DNA from: Callorhinchus milii | Taxonomy: Eukaryota | Direction: 5' to 3' | NCBI RefSeq assembly: GCF_018977255.1 | Contig: NW_024704743.1 | Span: 54,252,001-54,316,000, forward strand | Length of the DNA stretch: 64,000 nucleotides | Part shown: piece after piece, positions 1 to 12,660 of the stretch | Layout: every line of letters starts with the position of its first letter | How positions within the stretch are numbered: the stretch's first letter is position 1 | Made by a program: the position numbers and the translations under genes | The notes under the pieces: model-generated | Told to the model about the DNA's origin: nothing | The model's database searches: none | The model's input: only the letters and a program-made list of their open reading frames with translations

Positions 1-294
1 AATCATTGTAAACTTTTTGGAAAAAAATGAGATCTGATTTCAGGCAACAATTAGAATTTATTTCCTAAGGAAATTCACAATAAATTAATAATAAACGAGT
101 TTTTTAGTAATGTTAGATTGAGAGGATGTATTCTGATTGCATTTCAAATCAAATGTGGAAGTTGCCTGAAAGTTAATAACTTGCTATTGGAAGTAAAGAT
201 TTTGTACTGGACCTAAATAACCAATATATATATACATTTTGACAATGATGGAAAATAAAGCAGTTAGCATTTCATATTTTATTTTAAGTTTGTT

Positions 295-360
295 TTACTG
301 TAAAGCGCTCTGAGACGTCGTCCGGAGTGGAGGGTACTATATAAATCCAAGTTGTTGTTG
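295..360 (+). mobile_element. L2 family B 3' tail fragment
   Basis: ttactgtaaagcgctctgagacg...ggagggtactatataaatccaa(gtt)n, the same tail as at 38100-38168 and 51190-51254. Confidence 0.8.
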
Positions 361-774
361 ATGCCTGATGCCCCGCATCGCCAGAAAGTATTTACAGGTT
401 TTTTTCTGCTAAAACCCAGCACATTTATCAACTGCTAACGTTGCCACTAAGTGGCAATATTGAGAAGTCTTCTTCTTTTAAAGGGCAAACTTAGGGCTGA
501 AGATGAGGTCCATTGCCTATTTGGAATGAGGAAGTCTATGTTAGGTTAGGCTCCTATTACACACTGTATCAACAGCAATATATAAAAAAGAGGCTTTGTG
601 TGTCTGATGATTATGGGGCGATGAAAATTATGGATATTTGCTGGTAAGAAATTTGATCAGATGGATCGAGATCTAAAGAAACACTTGACTCAGCAAGAGT
701 ATTATTTTGTTGGCTGATCATATTTATAAATGTAAAAAGTGAACATTTAAGAGCAGGCACAATACCTCTTAAAT

Positions 775-895
775 AATAATACTAACAATAATCTTTGCAT
801 TTTATATAATGCCTGATCACGTCATTGAGACTTCTCAAAGTGCTTCACAGAATATACTGTAAAGTTAATTGACTATATTTTGTGGGCAAAAATAT
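775..895 (-). mobile_element. SINE 3' tail fragment
   Basis: Reverse complement of the SINE 3' end (cacaaaatatagtcaatt...gtgaagcactttgag...aaatgcaaagattatt). Confidence 0.75.
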
Positions 896-1274
896 TATGT
901 TGGTGATAGGTAATGTGTGAAATTATGCAATTATTTTTACTTTTGAATAAATTTGTGAATTGATTGTCCTTATGTGTCTGCTAGCAGACTTACCTCCACA
1001 ACAGTACAACTATGATTTCCATCATTCTAATTTGGTTTGTGCAAAAAGTCTCAAATTCTTCCTATTTTTTTTAGCTCGATGCCATCCTTCTCCACTCAGG
1101 GGAGCAGGACTCCTTGTGGCCTCCCAGGCTTTGATGTGCAGGAGCTCTTCTATCAGACAAATTAGATAACAGAACAATAACATAACAATGCTTGAATTTG
1201 GTCTCGTGCCTAATCAAATCAAGAGTTGCAAAGCATGTTACGCAACAAATTACATTGAAATGTAGTGATTCTTG

Positions 1275-1490
1275 TGATCCAATGGCACTATTTGAAAAGG
1301 GAAGGGAGTTTCTCCTGGTTTCCTGGCCAACAATCCTCCATAATAAAATTGCTTACTCACTCCATGGGGAAATGCTTGTGCACAAATTGGCTGCCACGTT
1401 TGCCACAAAATACACAGCCACTGCAATTTACATGTAAAGTGTTTGAGACGTCCTCCTGACGTGAAAGGTGTTTTTCCAAGTGTAAGGAAT
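1275..1490 (+). mobile_element. Old Deu-domain SINE, 3' part (SacSINE1/AmnSINE1-like)
   Basis: gatccaatggcactatttg...cctggccaac...aattggctgccacgtttgcc...gacgtcctcctgacgtgaaagg. Confidence 0.75.
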
Positions 1491-1635
1491 ATTTTTATAT
1501 AGATGGGCGGCATATCAAATCAGGCTAACCAAATTTAGGTCTTGGTGCTGCTGGGTCTGAACTGTGATATTGTGAATAGTGCATTGTCACACTCTGACCT
1601 TGGTTAGAACACACTTGGAACCTTATGTACATTTC

Positions 1636-1964
1636 GTGGAGTCCTGTAGCTCAGTGGTTAGAGCACTCGCTTTGCAAGCGAGAGACCTAAGTTCAAATCC
1701 AGGCACAGGGCAAAACCTTGGGCAAGTTTCCTTACTCCACACAGAGCCTAATAATAATCCCTCCAAAACAAAAAACAATAACAAATTGGTCATTTTCAAT
1801 CTACGACTGTTTGTGGGACATTGCTGTGCGCAATTGGCTGTCGCGTTCGCCCACAAATATACAGTCAATTCACTTTACAGTGTGTTCTGTGAAGCGCTTT
1901 GGGACGTCCTCCCGACGTGAAAAGCGCTATATCAAATACAAGGATTATTATTATTATTATTATT
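1636..1964 (+). mobile_element. Young tRNA-Ala-headed SINE, short form, full length
   Basis: gtggagtcctgtagctcagtggttagagc (A box), gttcaaatcc (B box), Deu-like body, L2-type stem-loop and (tta)n tail. Confidence 0.93.
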
Positions 1965-2255
1965 TTGGGGCACCTCAATTACTGGAAGGATAAACAAGCA
2001 ATCGGAAAAGTGCAGCAGTGATTCATGAGGATGTTATGAGGGCGATCAGTTATGAAGAAATATTTAATAAGTAGGATTTCTCCATGAGAGCTGACAATGT
2101 TATGGGGAGACCTGAAAGAAATCTTCAAGTTTAGGACAGGTTAGAATAGGGTAAACACTGATATATTATGGAGCGTTTATGATAGTATAAGCAGTGCTAG
2201 ATTGTTTTAAATGATCAGCTAGTCAGTAACAAGAGAACACAAATTTAACATAATT

Positions 2256-2608
2256 TGTGTTCAAATCCTTTCACTCCCTTGTGCATCCCTATCTCTCTGA
2301 CCTCCTTACTCCCCAGTCCACCACCCGGTGCCTCTGCTCGACTGGCACAAGCCTCCTGCTCGTCCCTCGCGCCCTCCATTGGAGGTTACGCATTCAGCCA
2401 CGATGCCCCCAAATTCTGGAACACTCTCCCTCAATCCCTCCGCCTTGCCCCATCAGTCCCCTTTTTCAGGTCCTACATGAAAACCTTCTTTTTCGACCGT
2501 GCTTATGGTCACCTCCTCCCATGGCTCGGAGTCAGGCTCCATCACTGTTAAACGCTCTGAGACGCTACCCTGCGTGGAGGACGCTATATAAGTGCAAGTT
2601 GTTGTTGT
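2256..2608 (+). mobile_element. L2 3' fragment with 6-bp TSD (ataatt)
   Basis: ORF2 C-terminus (PYLSDLL; AFSHDAPKFWNTLP) and (gtt)n tail; ataatt at 2250-2255 and 2609-2614. Confidence 0.9.
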
Positions 2609-3959
2609 ATAATTCCAAAAATAATTAAATTGAGATTAGACAAAAGGTTTTATAGAGCAGATGGTTTGAATGTGGAATTCTCTGCCACAAACCTTGGTTG
2701 AAGCAAACTAAATTAGATAACTTACTTTAAAAGGGAATTTGATAGATGCTTGAAGAGGAGGAATATTAGAGGGTACGGGAAGAAAGTAGAAGTGTGAGAC
2801 TGGCTTGTCTTATGTAGAAATAAACGCCAGTACAGACATGAGGGGCTGAATGGGTTGTTTCTGCACTGTAACATTCAGTGATACACAGGGGGGGGTCTTG
2901 TATTCTTAGCTTTAGTGAGATGCATGGGTAAGCATTTGGAAAACATTGCCTGACTTCATATATAATCTCTTTCTGTCCACTCTGCACCACCAAGAAAGAT
3001 ATCTGCTTTTATTGCTCACAGATGGAATTGTTGGACAGACAATGATATCCTTCCTAAAGTTGAGCATCCACAACTGAATCGAGTATGCCAAATGAGTCTG
3101 GCCAACAGTCTCTACAACAGCAGCAACACTTCCTTTCTTTGATAATCCAGTTTTTATTTTTTAACCAATTGTCCAATTAGCCTTATTGATTTTTTTTGCA
3201 CTTGGGAACTAGCTTTAATGACTTATGTTCTTGGATGCCTTTGATCATCTACAGAAAACACACATGCATCATATTTATCCATTTGGAATGTATTGTATTT
3301 CCAGCTACCATTTGTTCCTGCGAAGCTTAAAGTAATATTCCACAAAGTAAAACAGTATCCCAGACAGTTGAAGCATTTTCAGATGTGTTCTGGTATATTT
3401 GGCACTGCAGAGAACCATTTAGCTCCAATGATGCAAATGAGCTATTGGAATCCTCTGCTTAGCAACATCTGAAGAATATATAGACAATGTGGCAGGACAT
3501 TCATTTTGATGAAGTTCACTCAATCCATTCAGGCAATAAGAAGCTTTGTCTTACATGCAAGGTCAGAGTAAATATGTTTCAGCAGCTTACCAATGTTAGA
3601 TCAATAATTGTTGTTAATATGGGCAGTGTCTTGGATGCTAAGGTATCAACAGTTCACTTAGACCATTGTCAAAGGAATACTATCTATAATCCCTTAGAGT
3701 CACATTGATCAGAAAGAGTGTGTCTTCAGTTTTACAATGGGTACAGATAGAAAGTTTGCTGATTTTGAAGTATTGGAAGAACAATCAATAGTCTGGTCAT
3801 AAGCAATAAAACAGTCAATGTACAACTACCCTTAAATGTGACGTAGCAAAATAAGAATTACTGACCTTTCATTTGATTTATGTCAAAAAGAATCAAAGTG
3901 CATCTCACAGTAAGTTACTTTGATGTTTCATTCAAAATGACTGTTATTATGCACGCAAA

Positions 3960-4280
3960 TGCAGGATCTAATCTATACCAGCATCACCCTATAGAAACAG
4001 CAATGATCAGACTGAATTTGCTCTTTTCTTTGCTGATGGAAGAATACTGGCCAAGAAACCAGCAGAACACCCTCTGCTTCTTTGAAATGGTTCCTTGACA
4101 TCTTTGGTGTCCACTTGCACCACCAAGAACAGAATCTTGGTTTAACATTTCATCTGAAGGGCAATGCTACCAATCTTCTGCTCTCCTTAGCTCCTGAGCT
4201 CAATTCCTCAGGGGGAGGGGTGGGGTGGGGGGCCACAAACTCACAACTTTTATCCCTGAAGCAAGAGGCAAAGTAACAAG
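3960..4280 (-). mobile_element. Degraded Deu-domain SINE
   Basis: ctggccaagaaacc...gtccacttgcac...ggtttaacatttcatctgaagg matches the reverse complement of the Deu body. Confidence 0.6.
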
Positions 4281-4759
4281 GTATGTTAAAAAAAACTATT
4301 TGAATGATATACTGTAATATGAAGAGAAACAGCAATATTTTTTATGTTTTAGAATTACTTTTTACAAAGTTTATGCTGAAGTAAAGTTTAATGTAGTTTT
4401 CATCAATTTGTGAGGTGAATAATATTCAGGAAAGTAAACAGAAGCAGGTCTATTTAACAGTTACTGCTTGGGTTTTGAAACCAAATTAATTGAAATATGT
4501 TGTCATTTTTTATTCCACTGAAACCCACCTACTATCTTATAGATTGTTTTAAAATATATAACCTGAATTCCACAGCCCTAGGAAGGTATATTATTTTGCT
4601 ACATGTGGATTATTCTTAGTTATAATGCAACATTATTTAAAATCTATTTTTACGTATTTACATGAAACAAAATCTAATTACTGCAGAAACTTGAATCTTT
4701 TGCACAGGATGATTATCACAAAATGTTTCACAAAGACATTGAGCAACAACTTACGCTTA

Positions 4760-5170
4760 TATCTTCACATAGGACTATCAACTCAGAGCACTTCACAAGG
4801 ATGGTGTTGGATTCCGAGCAGGGAGAGGGCAAAGTGACTATAGGTGGGTAGAAGAGGTAGATTTTCAAGTGAATTTAAAGACAGATAGTAGGGACAAGAT
4901 GGAGTAAAGAAGAGAGGAAGGGGAATTGAAGATGATGGCCCAAGGCATGGTCAAAGAGAGGTATTAAGAAGTTTCTGAAGGCAGGGAGAGAAGACCCGAG
5001 GTAAGAGATTTGAGGGTAGAGTTCCACAGATCAGAGGCGTAATAGGTGAAGACTTGGCCCTGATGGTGGGACATAAGATCGAAGCAATGAGCAATAGCTG
5101 GAAGAGTGGAGGTCACTGGCAGGAACATTGGGCAAAGTTAAATGGAGGAGCAAAATTGTGAAGGGATTTT
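4760..5170 (-). mobile_element. Degraded L2 3' fragment
   Basis: gagttccacagatcagaggc...atggtgggac resembles other minus-strand L2 tails. Confidence 0.55.
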
Positions 5171-5519
5171 ATTATTATCTTTTTGCTAAGTCTTTACAAT
5201 GCAAAATACTATTATGAAGTTATAGGGAAAGCTTAGCAAATTTTACTGATCAATATAAACTTGATCCCACTGTCTTAGCTGACACATGAAGGGTGAACAA
5301 GTCAGCCAGAGAGGTATCAGAAGATGGCGTGAGACTACGCTGAAGCATAAATGAATGGTTTGATGATAGGAATGGGAGAAAATAAGAGGAAAAAGGAAAC
5401 AAAGCCTCAGCATTGTAGAAAATGGAGCAAATTGTGTGATAATTGTCCCATCACAATCCACAAATCATCTCCTCTCCATATGTGTACAGCAAAGTCCCAC
5501 AAAGAGCCATGAAGTGAAT

Positions 5520-6160
5520 AATCCTTGATATAGGATCTTACACATCTGGAGTACGTTGTCTCAAAGTGCTTCATAAGATTTACTGTAAAGTTTAGCTACT
5601 GTGCATTTTGTAGACAACAACAACACAATTACATTTGTATATAGACCACACCAACAACCAAAATGCATACAGCAATGTTCCACAAACAACACGAAATGAA
5701 TCATCGATTTTATCTGGAAGATTATTGACCAGGCCTCGGGGAGAAACTCTCATTTTATTTTCAAATAGTGCCATGGGAATTTTAATATCCACCTACACAA
5801 ATGGGAAGGGCCTTGGTGTAACATCTCATCTGAAGGACAATAGTCAGTATTGACTATGCAGAGATGCATTCCTGTATTAGCGTGTCATCCTGGAATATAT
5901 TAGTTTAAAATATAGATGCATTTAAGGGGAAGCCAAATACATACATGAGGGAGAAAGGAATAGAAGGTTATCCTGATAGGATTAGTTGAGAAAGGGCAGG
6001 AGGAGGCTCATGTGGAGCATAAATGCTGGCATAGACCAGTTGGGCAGAAATGACCTGTTTCTGTGCTATATATTCTATGTAAAAAATCTCAATGTAGGGC
6101 TTGAACCCACAATCTTCTGACTCTGAGGTGGACAGTGCTACTAACTGAGCCAGGCTGGAT
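5520..6160 (-). mobile_element. Deu-domain SINE interrupted by a CR1 3' end (about 5905-6082, + strand)
   Basis: Head at 6100-6160 (cttgaacccacaatcttctgactc...ctgagccaggctg) and body at 5720-5900. CR1 UTR gatgcatttaaggggaag...gacctgtttctgtgctatatattctatg. Confidence 0.75.
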
Positions 6161-6355
6161 ACTGTATCCAGAATAGCCTTTCTTACTAAGTATCTGTCTA
6201 TTGCACCCTTGAACCCATCAATTGATTTTGTATCCTGAGGCACTTTTCCCGTTTTCTCACAACCTTTCATGTAAATACATTTCTTTTTTTACCAGGCTCC
6301 CCTGTCACTGGTTCAGCTTTAATTGTAAAGTTGTATCCTCTTTTTTGACTCATAA

Positions 6356-9186
6356 TCCATGACCTCACTGTCGAGGAAAATATCGACATCCTCCCCCCTC
6401 ACCGAAACCTGGGTCATCCCAGGCGACACCTTCCCACTAGTTGAGGCCACACCTCCAGGTTACACCTTTCACCAAACCCCATGGCCTAATCGCCGTGGTG
6501 GTGGTGTGGCTCTCATCTCCTGGTCCCCTCTCGGCCTTTCCCCTTACTCCTCCGTAACCTTCCCCTCCTTCGAACACCTTACCCTCTACCACCCCTCCAG
6601 GCTTTCCTTCAAAATCCTTCTTGTCTACTCTTCCCCCACCTTCCTTTCGGACATCTCCACCCTCCTATCTTCCCTCTCCCTCTGCTCTGAATGCCTCCTA
6701 ATCCTAGGCGACTTCAACCTCCACTTCACACCCTCTTGCTCTACCTCTGCCAACTTCTCCTCCCTCCTCTCTTCCCTCAACCTCTCGTTCCTCATCCACT
6801 CCCCCACCCACGTCCGTGGCCACCCCCTTGACCTGGTGATCACCCGGGGCCTCACCGTCTCAGACATCACCATCGTCGATAAAGCCACCTCGGACCACCA
6901 CCATCTCCCTCAACACCTCTGTACCCCTTCCCCTTTCCCGACCTCCACCATCACATACTGTCCGTCCGAAAAAAAATTCCTCCCTCTCCACTGCCCTGGA
7001 GTCATCTGAACTCCTTCTGCTCTGGCCCTCCCTGACCGATCTCCCCTCCTCACTCTCTTTTCTCCATAACTCCCTCTCCTCCATTCTGGACTCCCTTGCT
7101 TCCCTCACCTCCCGAACTGCCTCACACTCCCATAAATCCCCTGGTACACCAGCCATCTCCATTCCCTCAAGGCACAAGTGTGAGCTGCCGAACGCGCCTG
7201 GACCAATTCCAAACTAACGGTCCATCGGCAGATCTGGTTTCACCACACTGAGACCTACCACTGCATTCTTGCCTCCACAAAATCCTCCTTCTACTCCAAG
7301 GTTATCTTGGAGGCAAAGGACAACCCCCGGCTTCTCTTTTCCACCACAACCGTCTCCTCCGTCCATCTTGCCATGCCTCACCCATCCTCTCCTCAAACTC
7401 CAACTGTGAGGAGATGCTGGCCAACTCAACCCCTCAGCCCTGTCCACAGGCACCCCCACATCATCTCTCCTTCATGACCCACCCCCCACCCATCCCCCCT
7501 ATACTCTTTCGACCCTATCTCTCCCTCCTCCCTCTCCGTGATTGTTCGCAAACTCAAACCCACCACCTCCTCCCTCGATCCCATCCCCACCTCTCTCCTC
7601 ATCTCCCAGCTCCACCTTCAGGCCCCTCTCCTGTCCGACGTCATCAACCTCTCCTTGTCAACCGGTTCAATTCCAAGCCCCCTAAAAACAGCCGTCATCA
7701 CCCCCATCCTGAAAAACCCTTCCCTGGACCCATTCGTTCTCTTCAACTACTGCCTCATCTCTAACCTCCCATTCCTCTCCAAGGTCCTGGAACGAGTTGT
7801 CACGTCCCAGCTCCGCTCCTTTCTCTCTCGCCATTCCCTCTTTGAACCCCTCCAATCCGACTTCCGCGCTGCCCACAGCACAGAAACAGTCCTGGTCAAA
7901 GTCATTAATGACATTCTGAACATTTGTGATCAGGGCTCCCTCTGCCTCCTTGTCCTCCTCGACTTCTCTGCCGCGTTCGACACTGTCGACCACTCCATCC
8001 TCATACATCACCTCTCCTCCTTACTTAATCTTCGCGGACCTGTCCTTGCCTGGTTCGATTCCTATCTCTCTCACCGTCTCCACTTTGTTGCCTCTAACAG
8101 TTTCTCCTCCAGCCTCCGCCCTGTCATGTCTGGTGTCCCCCAGGGCTCTGTCCTTGGCCCTCTCCTCTTTAATATCTATATGCTCCCCCTTGGTGACATC
8201 ATCCGCAGACATGGGGCCAACTTCCACATGTATGTGGATGACATCCAACTCTATCTTTCTGCCTCTACTTTCAACTCCAGGACCACTGCTGTCCTGACAG
8301 ACTGTCTGTCGGACATCAAGTCCTGGATGAGGGCAAATTTCCTACAGTTGAATGTGAACAAGACTGAGGCCCTCCTGATTGGCTCCCGCCAGCGCCTCAG
8401 CACCTCAGGCTCTGGCAGCATCAACCTCCATGGTTGTACACGACAACTCACCAAACCAGTCAGGAACCTCGGTGTCTTGTTCGACCCTCAACTGTCTTTT
8501 CTTCCCCACATCCAAGCCATGACCCGCTCTGCCTTCCCTCACCTCCGTAACATCGCCCGACTCCGCCACTACCTCACCCCTCAGGACGCTGAAACTCTTG
8601 TTCGTGCCTTCATCACCTCCAGGCTCGACTATGCAAATGCCTACTTATCAGCCTTCCCAACTCCTCCCTCCACAGGCTGCAGATAATCCAGAACTCTGCA
8701 GCCCATGTCCTCTCCTGCACCAAACTCCGTGACCCCATCTCCCCCATTCTCGCTCAACTCCATTGGCTCCGTATCCTTCAGAGGATCCAGTTCAAAATCC
8801 TGGTCCTCCCCTACAAAGCCCTCCATGGCATCGCCCCACCCTTCCTCTGTGACCTCCTAACCCCCTACCAACCTGCCCACTCTCTCCGCTCAGCCGGCTC
8901 TGGTCTGCTCCACGTCCCCTGACCCACCCGCCCCACCATTGGCAGGAGAGTCTTCAGCCACTCTGCCCCCAACCTCTGGAACTCCATCCCACAATCACTC
9001 TGCCTCGCCCCCTCCTTAGCCTCCTTCAAGTCCCGCCTCAAAACCCTCCTCTTCGACCATGCCATTGGTCACCCCCCTTCCCCTCCCCTCCCTTCGCCCC
9101 CCTGACCCCAGCTCGGATCTGAAATGCTGTACACTGTCCAGCGCCTCCCGACGTGAAAGACGCTATACAAATGTAATGTTGTTGAT
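6356..9186 (+). mobile_element. L2 LINE family A, 5'-truncated, APE + RT pseudo-ORF2
   Basis: APE motifs LTETW, GDFNLH, PTHVRGHPLDLVI and SDH. RT ORF 7538-8686 has DFSAAFDTVDH, GVPQGSVLGP and YVDD. Frameshifted; 3' tail ctcccgacgtgaaagacgctatacaaatgtaa(tgt)n. Confidence 0.97.
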
Positions 9187-9613
9187 GTTATTATTAATTG
9201 TTTAGCTAAAAATAAACAAAATTTGTTGCAATTAAATAAAGGTGCTATGAAGAATTGCAGAACAGATTTTTTAATTGTCTTAGCTTGTTACTATAATACT
9301 AGGAACTTAGAACAAGAACAAGAGGCCATTCAGCGCATTGAGCCTGTTCTACCAGTTTATTAGATTTTGGCAGATCTTTTCATCGTAATACACCAAATAC
9401 TAAAAATAGCAGTCTTTACATTGTGTCTTTCTGATGGGATTTCCCATCAGTCATTGATTATCTGTCACTAATTATAGTGCATAACTTACATCACATGCAT
9501 ATTCTGAGGCCTACAGGAACCAATGAGCAAAGTAAAGCTATGATCTTATCACATTGTTTGTGTGAAGTAGTCAGCATTACAATAAGAATCAGTTGTTTTG
9601 CTCTGTTAGCAAA

Positions 9614-9912
9614 TATAATAATAATAATCCTTGCATTTGGTATAATGCTTTTCACATCTTCTAGACGTCTCAAAGCGCTTCGCAGAATATACGGCAAAGT
9701 GAATTGACTGTATATTTGTGGGCAAAACGCGGCAGCCAACACAGCAGTATCCCACAAACAGTTGTGGATGAAGTGACCAATTTATTATTATTTATTGTTT
9801 TTTTCTTGAAGAATTATTATCAGGCGTGTGGAGTAAGGAAACTTGTTACGCCCAGGTTTCGCCCTGCCGGGAATCGAGCCCAGGTCTCTCGCTTATGAGG
9901 CAAGTGCTCTGA
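9614..9912 (-). mobile_element. tRNA-headed SINE, short form, with rearranged 5' end
   Basis: Reverse complement of the family consensus; the first ~22 nt are replaced by a copy of an internal segment. Confidence 0.9.
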
Positions 9913-10262
9913 CCAATTTATTATTGTTTTTTTTCTGTGCATTCACTTTTTGGGTCCTGCCCGGTATGCAAAACAGTCACAAACAACCCCCCCTCCCTCC
10001 TTCCCTCCCTTACATCAGGTAGAGACAATAAAAAAGCTGCACTGCCAGAATCGAAGAAAATGCAAACTAAATCAAAGAAGATTCACAGAATCTACACTGT
10101 TACACTGAAATCAATTTTAAAAAATTGCCAATGGAAAAGATTATAACTTTGGTTCAGAGCCACCAAGATAGTACTCCAATCCAAATGTAAATGCTGTATG
10201 CACATCCTGTTATATTAAAGTATATTAAAGAACTAAATACAGTTCTGGAGAACACCATCTTC

Positions 10263-10323
10263 TCACATATCCTCACAGGAGCTGATTAACAGCAGGACAA
10301 CCAAAAGATTGTGCAAGTAATGT
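10263..10323 (-). CDS. Candidate terminal coding exon; (E)HYLHNLLVVLLLISSCEDM*
   Basis: Acceptor ctgttgttctctttaaattag. Both open frames end in TGA here, at 10263-10265 and 10273-10275. Confidence 0.35.
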
Positions 10324-10749
10324 CTAATTTAAAGAGAACAACAGATGTATAAAGTGCTTTCTCTGTTTACACATACTCCTAGCCCTTCTTCAATCATGGT
10401 TCACTTAATTCTTGTCAACAGTCCAAGCACAATTAATATCATATGTAGTGTGTTATTATAACTAAAACAATGCCTACAGAGGTAGGACAACAAAATAATC
10501 TGTGCTCAATGATAGTGGGTGGCAAATGTATGAAATAACACGAATCTATGACAACCACTGTAATATATTGGTGGCTATCATTTCTGCCTGGACACTGTCC
10601 TTTAGGATTGCATTACGTAGGGAGTGAAGGGCACTCGCCAGTCATTCTCGTCTGTCTTCAGTGACGACAAAATCCCAAAGAAGGTCAAACTTGTGGTGTA
10701 TAAGACATATGTCCAAACAGTTCTTTATGCCCTGGGTTTCATTGAGTTA

Positions 10750-11140
10750 TAAGGCTGTATGTTGAAACCCCACGTTGGGACTTTGACCTTGCATATTCTT
10801 GGCTGATATTCCAATGCAGTGCTGGGGGTGTGCTGCATTGTTGGAGGTGCCGTTGTTCGGATGAGATGTTATTCAGAGGTCTCATTCCCCTGTTTAAGTG
10901 GACATTAAAGATCCTATGGCAATATTCAAAAAGAGATGGGAGCTTCTCCCAATGTTCTGGGCCACAATCCCCCAAATAATAAAATTGGTCATTCACTTCA
11001 TGTTTGTGGGACATGGCTGTACGCAAATTGGCTGCCATGCTCACCTACAGAATACAGTCACTACACATTACATTAAATGGTATTAAGCACTTTGCCACAC
11101 ACTCCCATCGTGAAAGGTGTATATCAAATGTAAGAATAAT
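10750..11140 (+). mobile_element. Old Deu-domain SINE
   Basis: gtgctgcattgttggaggtgccg...gatgagatgtt...tttgtgggacatggctgtacgcaaattggctgcc. Confidence 0.85.
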
Positions 11141-11258
11141 ATTTTTTTCTCATTAGTTCCCATCAGCTGTAGCAGTGAGTATTTTGAAAGTTCTGTATCT
11201 ACCATTGTGAATTGTAATTCTCCATGGAGACCTGTATGTATTTATTCAATGCTGCACA

Positions 11259-11552
11259 TCAACAACAACAACAACAAGATTCCATTTATAAAGCGCCTTT
11301 CACGTCAGGAGGACGTCCCAAGGCGCTGCACAGTTGGGTCATGACCCGAGCAGGGGGGAAATGGTCAGGGGAGGGGAGGGAGCGAGGAGGGGGGAAATGG
11401 TCAGGGTGAGGGGAGGGAAGGGAGGGAGCGAGGAGGGGGAAGAGAGTCGAGAGAGGAGCTGAAGGCACGGTCAAAGAGAAAGGTTTTGAGACCGGCCTTG
11501 AAGGAGGAAAGGGAGGAAGCAAGGCGAAGGCACTGGGGGATGGAGTTCCAGA
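11259..11552 (-). mobile_element. L2 family A 3' fragment
   Basis: (caa)n tail followed by gcgcctttcacgtcaggaggacgtcccaaggcgc. Confidence 0.9.
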
Positions 11553-12254
11553 GCCATATATATATATCCAGAGCCATAACATATACTGGAATGAGAGAGG
11601 AAAAGGAGAATATGTCCTTTGTGTTTTACATTGTTGTTGGTGTGTTTTTGTTGCCTTTAGAAGCTGGATGTTTTTGAGTTGCTGGCAATTCTAAGGCAGC
11701 ATATAGTCTGGTGGCCTGGATATCTCTATCCTCCTGGCTTCCTGTCTACCACATCACCTTGCCACTTTTCCACAGACTCCCTCAGAATACAAGTACTGAG
11801 CATGCGTATAGGGACAAGTTCTGCATGATATACATTTATTCCTGGACATTTCTAGTCATATTAATTTAGTGTTTGGTATAAAGTTACAATGTAATCTCTG
11901 CATTGTAGTAAACACGGGGGCAAAGGATATAAAACCTCAGTGACTTGGGACGTCCTCCCGACGTGAAACTTGCTTTTCAAATGTAATTTGCTGTTTGTTG
12001 TCACTCAGTGTGCCATTACTTTGTAATAATAATTCTTGCATTTGATACAGCGCATAATCACGTAGTTGAGACGTCTCAAAGCACTTCAAAGGATATACTG
12101 TAAAGTGGATTGACTGTGAATTTTGTGAACAAAATGTCTACAAAATTCACAGTAAGTATGTGGATGATTTGAATCCAGAGGAGCAGCTATAAACCATACA
12201 GTGTGACTGAGCAACATTATGTGCCTCAAGTGCGGCAGTAGCTCAATATACGTC

Positions 12255-12660
12255 ATCCTTGCTCAGTGGTAGTACTTTTGTCACCGAGTCAGAAGGTTGT
12301 GGGTTCAAGCCCCAAGTTGGAATCTGGGCTGATACCCTAATGCAGAGCTGGGGGAGTGCTGCATTATCGATGATGCTGTCTTTCAGGTGAGGTGTTAAAC
12401 TAAAGTCCTATCTGCCTGTTTAGATTGATGTTAAAGGTCCAATGGCACTATTTAAAAGAGAAAGGAGTTTCTTCCGGTGTCATGGGGAACGATACCCACA
12501 TGAAATAGATCATTCATCTCAAGACAGTTTGTGGGACATTGCTGTGTGCTAATTGATTCCGTATTTGCCTACAAGTTACTAAGTTACACAGTAAAATCTT
12601 GTAGTGCACTTTGTGATGTTTCACCTACAGGATAAGGGGCTATATGAAAGGATTATTATA
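12255..12660 (+). mobile_element. Old Deu-domain SINE, near full length
   Basis: Head gctcagtggtagtac...gagtcagaaggttgtgggttcaagccc followed by the Deu body. Confidence 0.85.

Larger units (their letters stand above)
1590..2880 (+). mobile_element. Decayed CR1 LINE 3' end interrupted by a SINE (1636-1964) and an L2 piece (2256-2608)
   Basis: TLVRTHLEPYVHF...GAPQ resembles the CR1 ORF2 motif LVRPHLEYCVQFWAP. Also gggagacctg (GDL) and the CR1 3' UTR ggggctgaatggg...ctgcactgtaacattc. Confidence 0.75.

Noticed and set aside
1718..1993. Recurrent ORFs ending KRYIKCKDYYYY (also 20982, 44587, 48696, 58737)
   Set aside because: Chance translation of the SINE body and (tta)n tail, not a protein family.
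7538..8686. 382-aa reverse transcriptase ORF as an active or domesticated gene
   Set aside because: Part of a frameshifted, 5'-truncated L2 with a YVDD motif and a broken C-terminus.
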